Shown: in pieces, positions 16,007-22,157 of the stretch | How the letters are laid out: each line of letters starts with the position of its first letter | Numbering within the stretch: the stretch's first letter is position 1 | Origin: Candidatus Iainarchaeum sp. | Lineage (GTDB): Archaea > Iainarchaeota > Iainarchaeia > Iainarchaeales > CSSED10-239 | Reading direction: 5' to 3' | Assembly (NCBI GenBank): GCA_028700905.1 | Contig: JAQVRT010000005.1 | Span: 1-22,157, forward strand | DNA: 22,157 bases | Program-made: the position numbers and the translations under genes | The notes under the pieces: model-generated | Database searches by the model: none | The model's input: only the letters and a program-made list of their open reading frames with translations | What the model was told of the DNA's origin: nothing

Positions 16007-17042
16007 TTTTTTCTAAAAAGTCTTTTGTTTTTTTTAACATATTTTCTTTAAATTTTTTTTCTTCTGGAAAATAAGCTTTTTTCATTTTTTTTCTAATTTT
16101 TGGAATTTTTTCAAAAGGTCCAAAGTTTGTAATTTGGTTTTCTTTAAATAATAAATAACTAAGATAATTTAGAGAGATTACTGTGGAATATTTATTTATT
16201 GTTCCATATTCTAAAGTAAAATGAATATTTTTCTTTGATTTTGAATTTTCAAATAAACTATTCTCAATTCCACCAATATGATCTGTTCCTTTTTTCTTAG
16301 TGTTTGTTGATTTAAAAGATCCTTTTATTTTAACTTCATTTATTTTATTTGCAGTAAATATATCTAGATTATATTTTTTTGCAGCTCCAGTATGTACATC
16401 AATTAATATTGTTTCTTTATAATCTTTAGTAATTTCTTTTATTTTTTTATCTAAAAATAAAATTGATTTTTCTTTATTTTTTCCTGAATAACACAAACCC
16501 TTAGGATATTTATTTTGTCCATGTCCAATTAATTGTATTGTTTTAGATATTCCATGCTTTAAAATTAATTTGTACAATAGTAAATTATATCTAATTCTTT
16601 CAAAATTATCACTTAGAAATGCTCTTTTAATATTAAATATATTTTCTTCTTTAAATAATTTATTTTTATTAAAAAAAGAATTAATTTTTGAAAAGTCTTT
16701 GTTATTGTTTCTATTTAGATCAACATTATTTTCATTGTATCTTCTATTATTTTTAAAACCATATGGATTAAGTGCATGTATTAGTAATATTCCATACTTA
16801 TTTTTAATTTTAGATAAATATTTATCAATAAAAAATAATTGAAAAGCACTTCCAACATATCCTTCTACTCCATGAGTTCCTGATATGATAATTAATAGTT
16901 TTTCTTTTTTTCTAGGATGGCTTTCAGCAACATCAATTGTTAAATCATCAATTATATGATGATTACTTATCTTTAGTTTAGATGTATTTTTTCTAAATTT
17001 TTCTCTTGCTTGAAAATAGTTTTCTGAAAAATATTTATTCAT
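15990..17042 (-). CDS. M14-like zinc carboxypeptidase/deacylase family protein (DUF2817-like)
   Basis: ISGTHGVEGYVGS holds the H-x-x-E zinc ligands. HALNPYGFKNNRRYNENNVDLNRN and IDVHTGAAK (third His ligand) match what I recall of DUF2817 and the succinylglutamate desuccinylase/aspartoacylase-related M14 fold. Confidence 0.7.
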   Translation of the reverse strand: MNKYFSENYFQAREKFRKNTSKLKISNHHIIDDLTIDVAESHPRKKEKLLIIISGTHGVEGYVGSAFQLFFIDKYLSKIKNKYGILLIHALNPYGFKNNRRYNENNVDLNRNNNKDFSKINSFFNKNKLFKEENIFNIKRAFLSDNFERIRYNLLLYKLILKHGISKTIQLIGHGQNKYPKGLCYSGKNKEKSILFLDKKIKEITKDYKETILIDVHTGAAKKYNLDIFTANKINEVKIKGSFKSTNTKKKGTDHIGGIENSLFENSKSKKNIHFTLEYGTINKYSTVISLNYLSYLLFKENQITNFGPFEKIPKIRKKMKKAYFPEEKKFKENMLKKTKDFLEKITNYQ

Positions 17043-18672
17043 ATGTTTTCTTTATTTTAAAATTTTCTCTAAAATTCTGCTCAGGATGTATATTTATTGG
17101 TTTTGGATTTCCAGAGCCTACAACTCTTTTTTTATTAAATTCATCATAACTATTTTTTTCAAGAATAGATATAACTGGCATATCCATTCTTCCAAACTCT
17201 TCTCTCATTTGTTTGTAGTCGTTTATTGTTTCTTTAAGATTTAAATCTATTTTTTCTTTTAGTTTTATAATTTCTTTTTCAGTTTTATTTTCTTCAAGAT
17301 CAATTAATATTTCATATCTTGGTTTTTTTGAAAGATCTTTAAGATGTGGTATTACTGTGTAGTGTTTAACTTTAAATTTTTCTTCTGTGAAAGATTTTTT
17401 TAAAGCTTTAACAATTTCATCTTCATATGCAAGTTCTCCTGCAATATTAAGATAATTTTCTCTTGTGAAAAATTTAATTTCAGGAATTTTTCTAAAAAAG
17501 CCAGTAACCTTTACAACATCGCCCATATCATATCTATATAGACCTTCTTGAGTTGTAATTATTACTTTATATTTTCTATTTAATTTTAATTTATCTACTG
17601 TTATTACTTCTTTTTTTTCTTTATTAAAATCAATAAATTCAAAGAAAGTTGTATTTAATGGTAACACTCCTGAGATTCCATCTTTGGATATACCTATAGA
17701 TATTCTTCCTTCAGATGCATTTATACCTGGATCCCTAACTTCTATTTTTTTGCCAATTTTTTCCATTAATGTATCAATATACATCTCATTTGTTTTTGAT
17801 CTAAAACAACTTACAAGTCCTATATTTGGCCAAATATTAATAGCTTTAAAATCATCAATTTTGGATAAATATTCTGCTCTTTTAGAGTTTTTCTTTTTAA
17901 TTATTTTAATTAATTTATCTTTATTTTCTTTAATATAATCTAAAAAAAGAATTGCTTCAATTGGTGCTGTGAAAGCAATTTGTGTGATGTTTTCTTGAAG
18001 TGCATGGATTGCCATTTTTTTAATTTTTTTATTAAAATTCATTTCATTATAAACATTTATTGGATTTGAAATTTTCTTTTTAACATACCATGGTGATTTA
18101 AAAGGAAGATATCCTGAAATACTGCCATATGGTATTTTTCCTTTTGTTTTTCCTTCAAAATAAGGACCTGCAAAATAAAGTGTCTTTCCATTTGCAATTT
18201 TTACATAATCTTTTAAAACATATACAGCCCATAAAGCAAATTCTTTATTATAATTTTTTATTCTTTGTTTTGTAACAGGTATAAGTTTAATCTTACTTGT
18301 AGTTCCTGAGGTTGATGCAAAATAGATTACTTTATCTTTTGTTAAAATATTTTGTTTTCCTTTTTTAATTTCTTCAATATCTTCTATTATATCATTATAT
18401 TTAATAATAGGAACTTGTTTTTGAAAATCTTCTATTTTTTTTATTTTAGAAAAAGAATATTTTTTCCCATACTCAGTATTTTTATTTCTTTTAATTATTT
18501 TTTTTAAAATTTTCTTTTGAGATTTTAAAGGATCAATTAAAGCGTCTTGAAAATCTATAATCTGCTTAATTTGATTTAATATATATTTATAATTAACAAA
18601 GTCATCTTTTATTTTTTCACTATTTTGTTTTATTTTTTTTGATGCTTTTTTAAAGTCTTTTATAGGGTCCAT
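17035..18672 (-). CDS. GH3-family adenylate-forming acyl-acid amido synthetase homologue
   Basis: FASTSGTTSKIKLIPVT is the phosphate-binding SSGTT-x-K-x-IP motif. Also present are DPGINASEGRISIG and GLYRYDMGDVVKVTGFFRKIPEIKFFTRENYLNIAGE (GH3 signature LYRYxxGDxVxVxGF...P.xxFxxR). Its length of 545 aa is typical. Confidence 0.8.
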   Translation of the reverse strand: MDPIKDFKKASKKIKQNSEKIKDDFVNYKYILNQIKQIIDFQDALIDPLKSQKKILKKIIKRNKNTEYGKKYSFSKIKKIEDFQKQVPIIKYNDIIEDIEEIKKGKQNILTKDKVIYFASTSGTTSKIKLIPVTKQRIKNYNKEFALWAVYVLKDYVKIANGKTLYFAGPYFEGKTKGKIPYGSISGYLPFKSPWYVKKKISNPINVYNEMNFNKKIKKMAIHALQENITQIAFTAPIEAILFLDYIKENKDKLIKIIKKKNSKRAEYLSKIDDFKAINIWPNIGLVSCFRSKTNEMYIDTLMEKIGKKIEVRDPGINASEGRISIGISKDGISGVLPLNTTFFEFIDFNKEKKEVITVDKLKLNRKYKVIITTQEGLYRYDMGDVVKVTGFFRKIPEIKFFTRENYLNIAGELAYEDEIVKALKKSFTEEKFKVKHYTVIPHLKDLSKKPRYEILIDLEENKTEKEIIKLKEKIDLNLKETINDYKQMREEFGRMDMPVISILEKNSYDEFNKKRVVGSGNPKPINIHPEQNFRENFKIKKTYE

Positions 18673-18697
18673 AACTTTTCTTTTATAAAATTATAAG

Positions 18698-18770
18698 TGG
18701 TCCTGCCCAGGATCGAACTGGGGATCTCCGCAATGTCAATGCGACGTCATAACCACTAGACCACAGGACC
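18698..18770 (-). tRNA. tRNA-Val(GAC): tRNA-Val, anticodon GAC, no encoded CCA
   Basis: Hand fold of the reverse complement. Acceptor GGTCCTG/CAGGACC, 7 Watson-Crick pairs. D arm GTCT-AGTGGTTA-TGAC. Anticodon stem TCGCA/TGCGG with loop TT-GAC-AT. Variable region AGATC. T arm CCCAG-TTCGATC-CTGGG. Discriminator A. 73 nt. Confidence 0.93.
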
Positions 18771-18801
18771 AAACAATTATATTATAAGGTAAAATAGCTT
18801 T

Positions 18802-19737
18802 TTATATGTTTTTAATTTTTGAAATTAACTCGCATGCCTTACATATATCTTGACTTGTATCTTCTTTACAAATTTTACATTTTTTTAGATTTTTTTTAGT
18901 AATTATTTTATCAAGATTTGAATATTCTTTAATTTTTAAAAAACTTTTAATTAATGAAAATTTAGAGCCAGGATGTATAATTTCAGTTTCATTTAAAAAA
19001 TTTCTAAAATGATTTCTTTTAGCAGTTCTAAAGAAAGGACAATTACAATCGTGAAAAGGTATTTGATTAAAGAGTGCATATGCTGCAATTTCTTTTTCAG
19101 GAGTTAAGTAAAATGGTTTAATTCTAGGGATTGTATTTTCAATATCAATGATTCCTGTTTCAGGTCCTGTTCTAAAAAATCTTAAAGTATCATTATCTAA
19201 AAGATTCATTAAAATTGTTTGACATTCATCATCTAAGTTATGGCCTGTTAAAAGTTTTGAAACATTTTCTTTATTTGCAAGTCTGTTTAATGTTTTTCTT
19301 CTTAAAACTCCACAATATGTACAAACAGTTCCTTCTTTTTTATCATATTTTTCTCCAATTTCTTGTGTTGATATATCAAATTCTTTTTTATGAGAGGAGG
19401 TTACAAGTTTAATATTTTCTTTAGTACAAAAATCTTTTACAACTTGAAAAGTTTTATTTGAATAATTATCTGTTCCTTCGTCAACAAAGATTGCACAAAA
19501 TTTTATTCTTTTTTCTTTAAATATTTTATTTATTAAATAAAGTAAAACCATTGAGTCTTTTCCACCAGAAGTTGCAACTCCTAAATAATCTTTTTGTGAA
19601 AAAAGTTTAAACTGCCTAATTGTTTTTTTAAACCTACTTTCAAAAAAATCATTAAAGTGATCTTTACAGAAATTATGTTTTCCATACGCTAAATATATTA
19701 AAGCATCTTTTGAACATTTATCACATTTAATATTCAT
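18802..19737 (-). CDS. tRNA 2-thiolation PP-loop ATPase, TtuA/NcsA (Ncs6/Ctu1) family
   Basis: PP-loop SGGKDS. N-terminal zinc finger CDKC-x17-CKDH. Fe-S cluster cysteines in GTVCTYCG and HDCNCPF. C-terminal zinc finger CKIC-x8-CKAC. I cannot tell s2T54 (TtuA) from s2U34 (NcsA) specificity by eye. Confidence 0.85.
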   Translation of the reverse strand: MNIKCDKCSKDALIYLAYGKHNFCKDHFNDFFESRFKKTIRQFKLFSQKDYLGVATSGGKDSMVLLYLINKIFKEKRIKFCAIFVDEGTDNYSNKTFQVVKDFCTKENIKLVTSSHKKEFDISTQEIGEKYDKKEGTVCTYCGVLRRKTLNRLANKENVSKLLTGHNLDDECQTILMNLLDNDTLRFFRTGPETGIIDIENTIPRIKPFYLTPEKEIAAYALFNQIPFHDCNCPFFRTAKRNHFRNFLNETEIIHPGSKFSLIKSFLKIKEYSNLDKIITKKNLKKCKICKEDTSQDICKACELISKIKNI

Positions 19738-19744
19738 ATTTAAT

Positions 19745-19951
19745 TCACTTTATTACAACTAAAACTTCAATTTCAGTTTCTTTTTTAATAACAGTTGATA
19801 TTGGTTTAAATATTCCATCTATCTTTACAAGTACTGTCTCTGGATTAATATTTAGCTCTATTAGTATTTCTCTTAAAGTTTTTCCAAAGTCTTCTTTTGT
19901 AATTGTTATTTTCTTTTTAAGCATAATACTTCTTATTTTGTTATTTTTCAT
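19745..19951 (-). CDS. ThiS/MoaD-like beta-grasp (ubiquitin-like) small protein lacking a C-terminal Gly-Gly
   Basis: KTLREILIELNINPETVLVKIDGIFKPISTVIKKETEIEVLVVIK follows the ThiS pattern (tv.eLL..l.i.p..vaV.vNg.iv.......l.dgD.iEil..vgGG), but it ends ...VVIK before a TGA stop. It lies 7 nt upstream of the thiolase gene. The internal Met at aa 10 is a possible true start. Confidence 0.55.
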   Translation of the reverse strand: MKNNKIRSIMLKKKITITKEDFGKTLREILIELNINPETVLVKIDGIFKPISTVIKKETEIEVLVVIK

Positions 19952-20080
19952 GAAAATAAGGTTAATTTAGCCTTTAATTTCCATCTAATATATAAACATT
20001 TCGTTTCATAGTTATTTATAATTATTTTAAATATAAAATAATAATAGTTTAAAACAAATTAAAAAGAGTGTGATTTTTTT

Positions 20081-20689
20081 ATGACAAGTGCAAATAAATA
20101 TATTCAAAAAACAATTCAAAATGAATATAAGAAAAAAAGAGATACTAATTATGATTATAGGCAAATTTATACAAAAAAATTAATTGAATTTAGAAAATTA
20201 GAAGGTTCAATAGTTAAAGTTGATAAACCATCAAACATACCTAGAGCAAGAGAACTTGGTTATAAAGCAAAACAAGGAGTTTCTGTTGTTTTTGTTAAGG
20301 TAAGAAAAGGTGGAGGTTTAATTTTAAGACCTAAAAACGCTAGAAGACCAAAAAGAATGGGAATTAATAAAATTACAAGAAGAGTTTCTATTCAAAGAAT
20401 GGCAGAACAAAAAGCAGATAAGGCTTTTGAAAATTTAGAAGTTTTAAATTCATATTATGTTGGCGAAGATGGTCAAAAGAAATATTTTGAAGTTATAATG
20501 GTTGATCCAAATCACCCATCAATAATTAATGATATGGATCTTAATTGGATAGTTTCTGAGAAACATTCTTCAAGAGCTCAAAGAGGACTTACAAGTGCAG
20601 GTAAGAAAAATAGAGGTCTTGTAAAGAAAGGAACAGGAACTGAAAAAGCTGGTCCTTCAAATAGAGCAAAATTAAGAAAAGCTAAATAG
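20081..20689 (+). CDS. rpl15e: Ribosomal protein L15e (eL15)
   Basis: KYIQKTIQNEYKK...KLIEFRKLEGSIVKVDKPSNIPRARELGYKAKQGVSVVFVKVRKGG...RRPKRMG and the basic C-terminus are typical of L15e. Length is 202 aa. Confidence 0.93.
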   Translation: MTSANKYIQKTIQNEYKKKRDTNYDYRQIYTKKLIEFRKLEGSIVKVDKPSNIPRARELGYKAKQGVSVVFVKVRKGGGLILRPKNARRPKRMGINKITRRVSIQRMAEQKADKAFENLEVLNSYYVGEDGQKKYFEVIMVDPNHPSIINDMDLNWIVSEKHSSRAQRGLTSAGKKNRGLVKKGTGTEKAGPSNRAKLRKAK

Positions 20690-20716
20690 TTTTAAATCTT
20701 TTCTTTCTTTATTTAA

Positions 20717-20983
20717 TTGAGAGGTATGAATAATATTATATATTTGAGTGCATTCCAGCATGTTGTCTGGATTGTGCTTTTAATTGTTATTTCAATGGTA
20801 ATATATTCCTGGACAAAAAGTAAAGTTGCAAACAATACTTTTTCAGTAATTATTACAATTGTTATCGTATATTTATTATTTGTACAATATCCTGATTTTG
20901 TTTGGTTTGCAGTAATTGGTGCACTTTTATTTTCTGTAAGCAAGCCAGATATTAAAAAATTATTAAAGGATTTTAGAATCTAA
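20717..20983 (+). CDS. Small membrane protein (about 3 TM helices), unknown function
   Basis: Hydrophobic helices VVWIVLLIVISMVIY, FSVIITIVIVYLLFV and FVWFAVIGALLFSV. Same strand as its neighbours. Position 20717 is a TTG; the likelier start is the ATG at 20726, directly preceded by GAGAGGT. I prefer it to the antisense ORF at 20713..20943. Confidence 0.55.
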   Translation: MRGMNNIIYLSAFQHVVWIVLLIVISMVIYSWTKSKVANNTFSVIITIVIVYLLFVQYPDFVWFAVIGALLFSVSKPDIKKLLKDFRI

Positions 20984-20991
20984 AAGGACGT

Positions 20992-21300
20992 GTGCATTTG
21001 GAAGCTATATTGTCAAGAATCTTTTTGTTGGTTATAGTTATTTTATGCATAAAGTATGATCTTTTAATATTTATTCCTTTTATTTTAGGAATTTACTTTT
21101 TATTTGATAAAAGTTGGTGGAATCTTTTAGTTTTAGCAGGTTATTTTTTAATTTTCTTTCTTCTTGCAAGTGATTTAAATTTTCTATTAATCTCTTCAGT
21201 AATTCTTTTAATTATTGTAATAATTACAAATTATTTTTCAGGTAGTAAAAAAGAAGATGATGTTGGAGATGTTGATTTTAGTAAACTTTTTGGAAATTAA
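20992..21300 (+). CDS. Small membrane protein (about 3-4 TM helices) with an acidic C-terminal tail, unknown function
   Basis: GTG start with AAGGA 3 nt upstream. Helices IFLLVIVILCI, LIFIPFILGIYFLF, LLVLAGYFLIFFLLA and LLISSVILLIIVIITNYF. The tail is KKEDDVGDVDFSKLFGN. Confidence 0.55.
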   Translation: MHLEAILSRIFLLVIVILCIKYDLLIFIPFILGIYFLFDKSWWNLLVLAGYFLIFFLLASDLNFLLISSVILLIIVIITNYFSGSKKEDDVGDVDFSKLFGN

Positions 21301-21321
21301 TTTAAATAGGTTTAAACAATT

Positions 21322-21708
21322 ATGCATAAAATAATTAAATCTTCTGTAAAAAGAGTTAAAAAAGAAATTAAAAATTATTTAACTAAACCTAAAAATCCTT
21401 CTATTAAAAAAGAAATTAAAGGAAAAGATGTGCCTTCTCTTTTTAATAAAGGAAAAGAGTTTGTTAAAAATATTTTAAGAAATAAAAAATCTTCTAAAGA
21501 ATATTTATCAAAGAATAAATCTTTTTTTACAAAATCTAATCTTAAGGCTTTACTTGCATATGTTTTTTCTGATTTTTCTCTTGAGCAAATAGAAGATATG
21601 ATTAGATATATTTTTGGAGATTTAAATCCTGAAGAAAGAGAAAATGTTTTATTAGATATTCTAGATCATATTAATAATAAAGAATATGGTTTTCTTTTAA
21701 GAGATTAA
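21322..21708 (+). CDS. Bipartite soluble protein: Lys-rich basic N-half and acidic helical C-half; unknown function
   Basis: 128-aa ORF with an ATG start and TAGGT about 10 nt upstream. The N-half reads KSSVKRVKKEIKNYLTKPKNPSIKKEIKGK...RNKKSSKEYLSKNK. The C-half reads FSLEQIEDMIRYIFGDLNPEERENVLLDILDHINNKEYGFLL. Confidence 0.55.
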   Translation: MHKIIKSSVKRVKKEIKNYLTKPKNPSIKKEIKGKDVPSLFNKGKEFVKNILRNKKSSKEYLSKNKSFFTKSNLKALLAYVFSDFSLEQIEDMIRYIFGDLNPEERENVLLDILDHINNKEYGFLLRD

Positions 21709-21714
21709 AAAAAT

Positions 21715-22157
21715 TTATTTTAATTTATTTAAAATATTTCTATTTTCTTCTAAAATATCTTTCATTATTTTTGTTAATGCATTCATTTGTGCTTTTAATT
21801 CTCTAACTTGTTCTTCTATGTCTGCAAGTTGGTTTGAATTAATTTTTGAAGGTGCTTCTTTTTGTTCAACAGTTTTTTTATCAATATCATCAAAAATACT
21901 TTTTTTAGTTTCTTTGTCAACATTTTCAGAAGTTTCTTTAAGTTCTTTTTCTTGTTTTTCTTCATCTCTTTTTTTATTTTCTTTTAAAAAGTCTGTTTTT
22001 GTAGTTTGTTTTTTTATAGCTTCTTCTTTAGTTTCTGGTTCATTATTTGCAAAGATATCGTCATCTTCAATTTCTTCATCTTCTTTTTTATCAGTATCAT
22101 CTTCATTATTTTCAGGTTCATCTTTAGTTTCAGGTTCTTCTTCTTTAGTTTCTTCTT
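21715..22157 (-). CDS. Partial CDS (N-terminus lies beyond the right edge): acidic low-complexity region followed by a C-terminal coiled-coil. Not on the ORF track.
   Basis: Manual minus-strand translation from the window end, with the TAA stop at 21715-21717. It reads ...EETKEEEPETKDEPENNEDDTDKKEDEEIEDDDIFANNEPETKEEAIKKQTTKTDFLKENKKRDEEKQEKELKETSENVDKETKKSIFDDIDKKTVEQKEAPSKINSNQLADIEEQVRELKAQMNALTKIMKDILEENRNILNKLK. I saw no in-frame stop over 147 codons. Confidence 0.6.
   Translation of the reverse strand, partial: EETKEEEPETKDEPENNEDDTDKKEDEEIEDDDIFANNEPETKEEAIKKQTTKTDFLKENKKRDEEKQEKELKETSENVDKETKKSIFDDIDKKTVEQKEAPSKINSNQLADIEEQVRELKAQMNALTKIMKDILEENRNILNKLK

Noticed and set aside
7094-19412. 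Other embedded antisense ORFs: 7094..7297 (+), 11790..12038 (-), 16570..16842 (+), 17684..17938 (+), 19215..19412 (+)
   Set aside because: Each lies wholly inside a gene with strong family motifs (Pus10, CaCA, M14-like, GH3, thiolase). They have low-complexity hydrophobic composition, which is expected of shadow ORFs in AT-rich DNA.
4109-20080. C/D box sRNA genes in the intergenic spacers, expected because fibrillarin and Nop5 are present
   Set aside because: I looked for RTGATGA ... CTGA, and the complement tcatcay, in the spacers at 4109-4197, 8394-8477, 10927-11071, 14009-14086, 14833-14955 and 19952-20080. There was no complete C/D pair. All tgatga/tcatca hits lie inside CDS. The closest was GTGATTA at about 14945, which has a mismatch and no D box. 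A covariance or snoscan-type search would be needed to exclude them.
19952-20080. Imperfect inverted repeat AAGGTTAAT / TTTAGCCTT (about 19959-19975) in the spacer between the ThiS-like ORF and rpl15e
   Set aside because: It has only about 7 of 9 matches with an AT-rich core, which is not distinguishable from background in this composition.
20713-20943. 76-aa minus-strand ORF overlapping the 88-aa plus-strand membrane protein
   Set aside because: The plus-strand frame gives three clean TM helices, has a Shine-Dalgarno-like GAGAGGT, and shares the strand and spacing of its neighbours. The minus-strand product has no coherent features.
1-22157. CRISPR arrays, IS elements, integrases, toxin-antitoxin pairs or known defence genes
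   Set aside because: I found no spaced direct-repeat array, no terminal inverted repeats flanking an ORF, and no transposase, integrase, nuclease, helicase or ATPase-type motifs in any of the translated ORFs.
22026-22157. Tandem-like DNA repeat ctttagtttc[a/t]ggttc near the right edge, considered as a non-coding repeat
   Set aside because: It lies in an open minus-strand frame and encodes the repeated EPETK(E/D)E peptide unit. It is therefore coding low complexity, not a structural DNA repeat.

Overview
Very AT-rich, tightly packed archaeal chromosomal segment. Spacers are mostly 0-150 nt, and many same-strand genes overlap by 4-20 nt. The marker genes are archaeal or eukaryote-like: fibrillarin plus Nop5, Pus10, ribosomal proteins L15e and L35Ae, dimeric-type glycyl-tRNA synthetase, RNase HII, an Ogg2-type glycosylase and a TtuA/NcsA-type tRNA thiolase. 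With the low GC content and compaction, this suggests a small-genome, DPANN-like archaeon; that lineage call is inference only. I support 29 CDS and 2 tRNA genes, tRNA-Leu(UAG) and tRNA-Val(GAC). Two of the CDS are partial at the window edges and are missing from the supplied ORF track. I found no rRNA, CRISPR array, transposase, integrase or recognisable defence gene. Most of the window is housekeeping. The parts worth a second look are: (1) an uncharacterised gene string at the left edge encoding a coiled-coil protein and two large signal-anchored beta-rich surface proteins; (2) an 8-nt-overlapping pair of a GH3-family adenylating ligase and a DUF2817/M14-like zinc peptidase; (3) a ThiS/MoaD-like beta-grasp ORF without the C-terminal Gly-Gly, directly upstream of the tRNA thiolase; (4) a Nop5 lacking the N-terminal fibrillarin-binding domain; (5) two tRNA genes wedged between same-strand protein genes with no room for separate promoters; (6) a run of small unknown membrane and basic proteins at the right end. 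All functional calls rest on motif recognition by eye. No database search or structure prediction was run.
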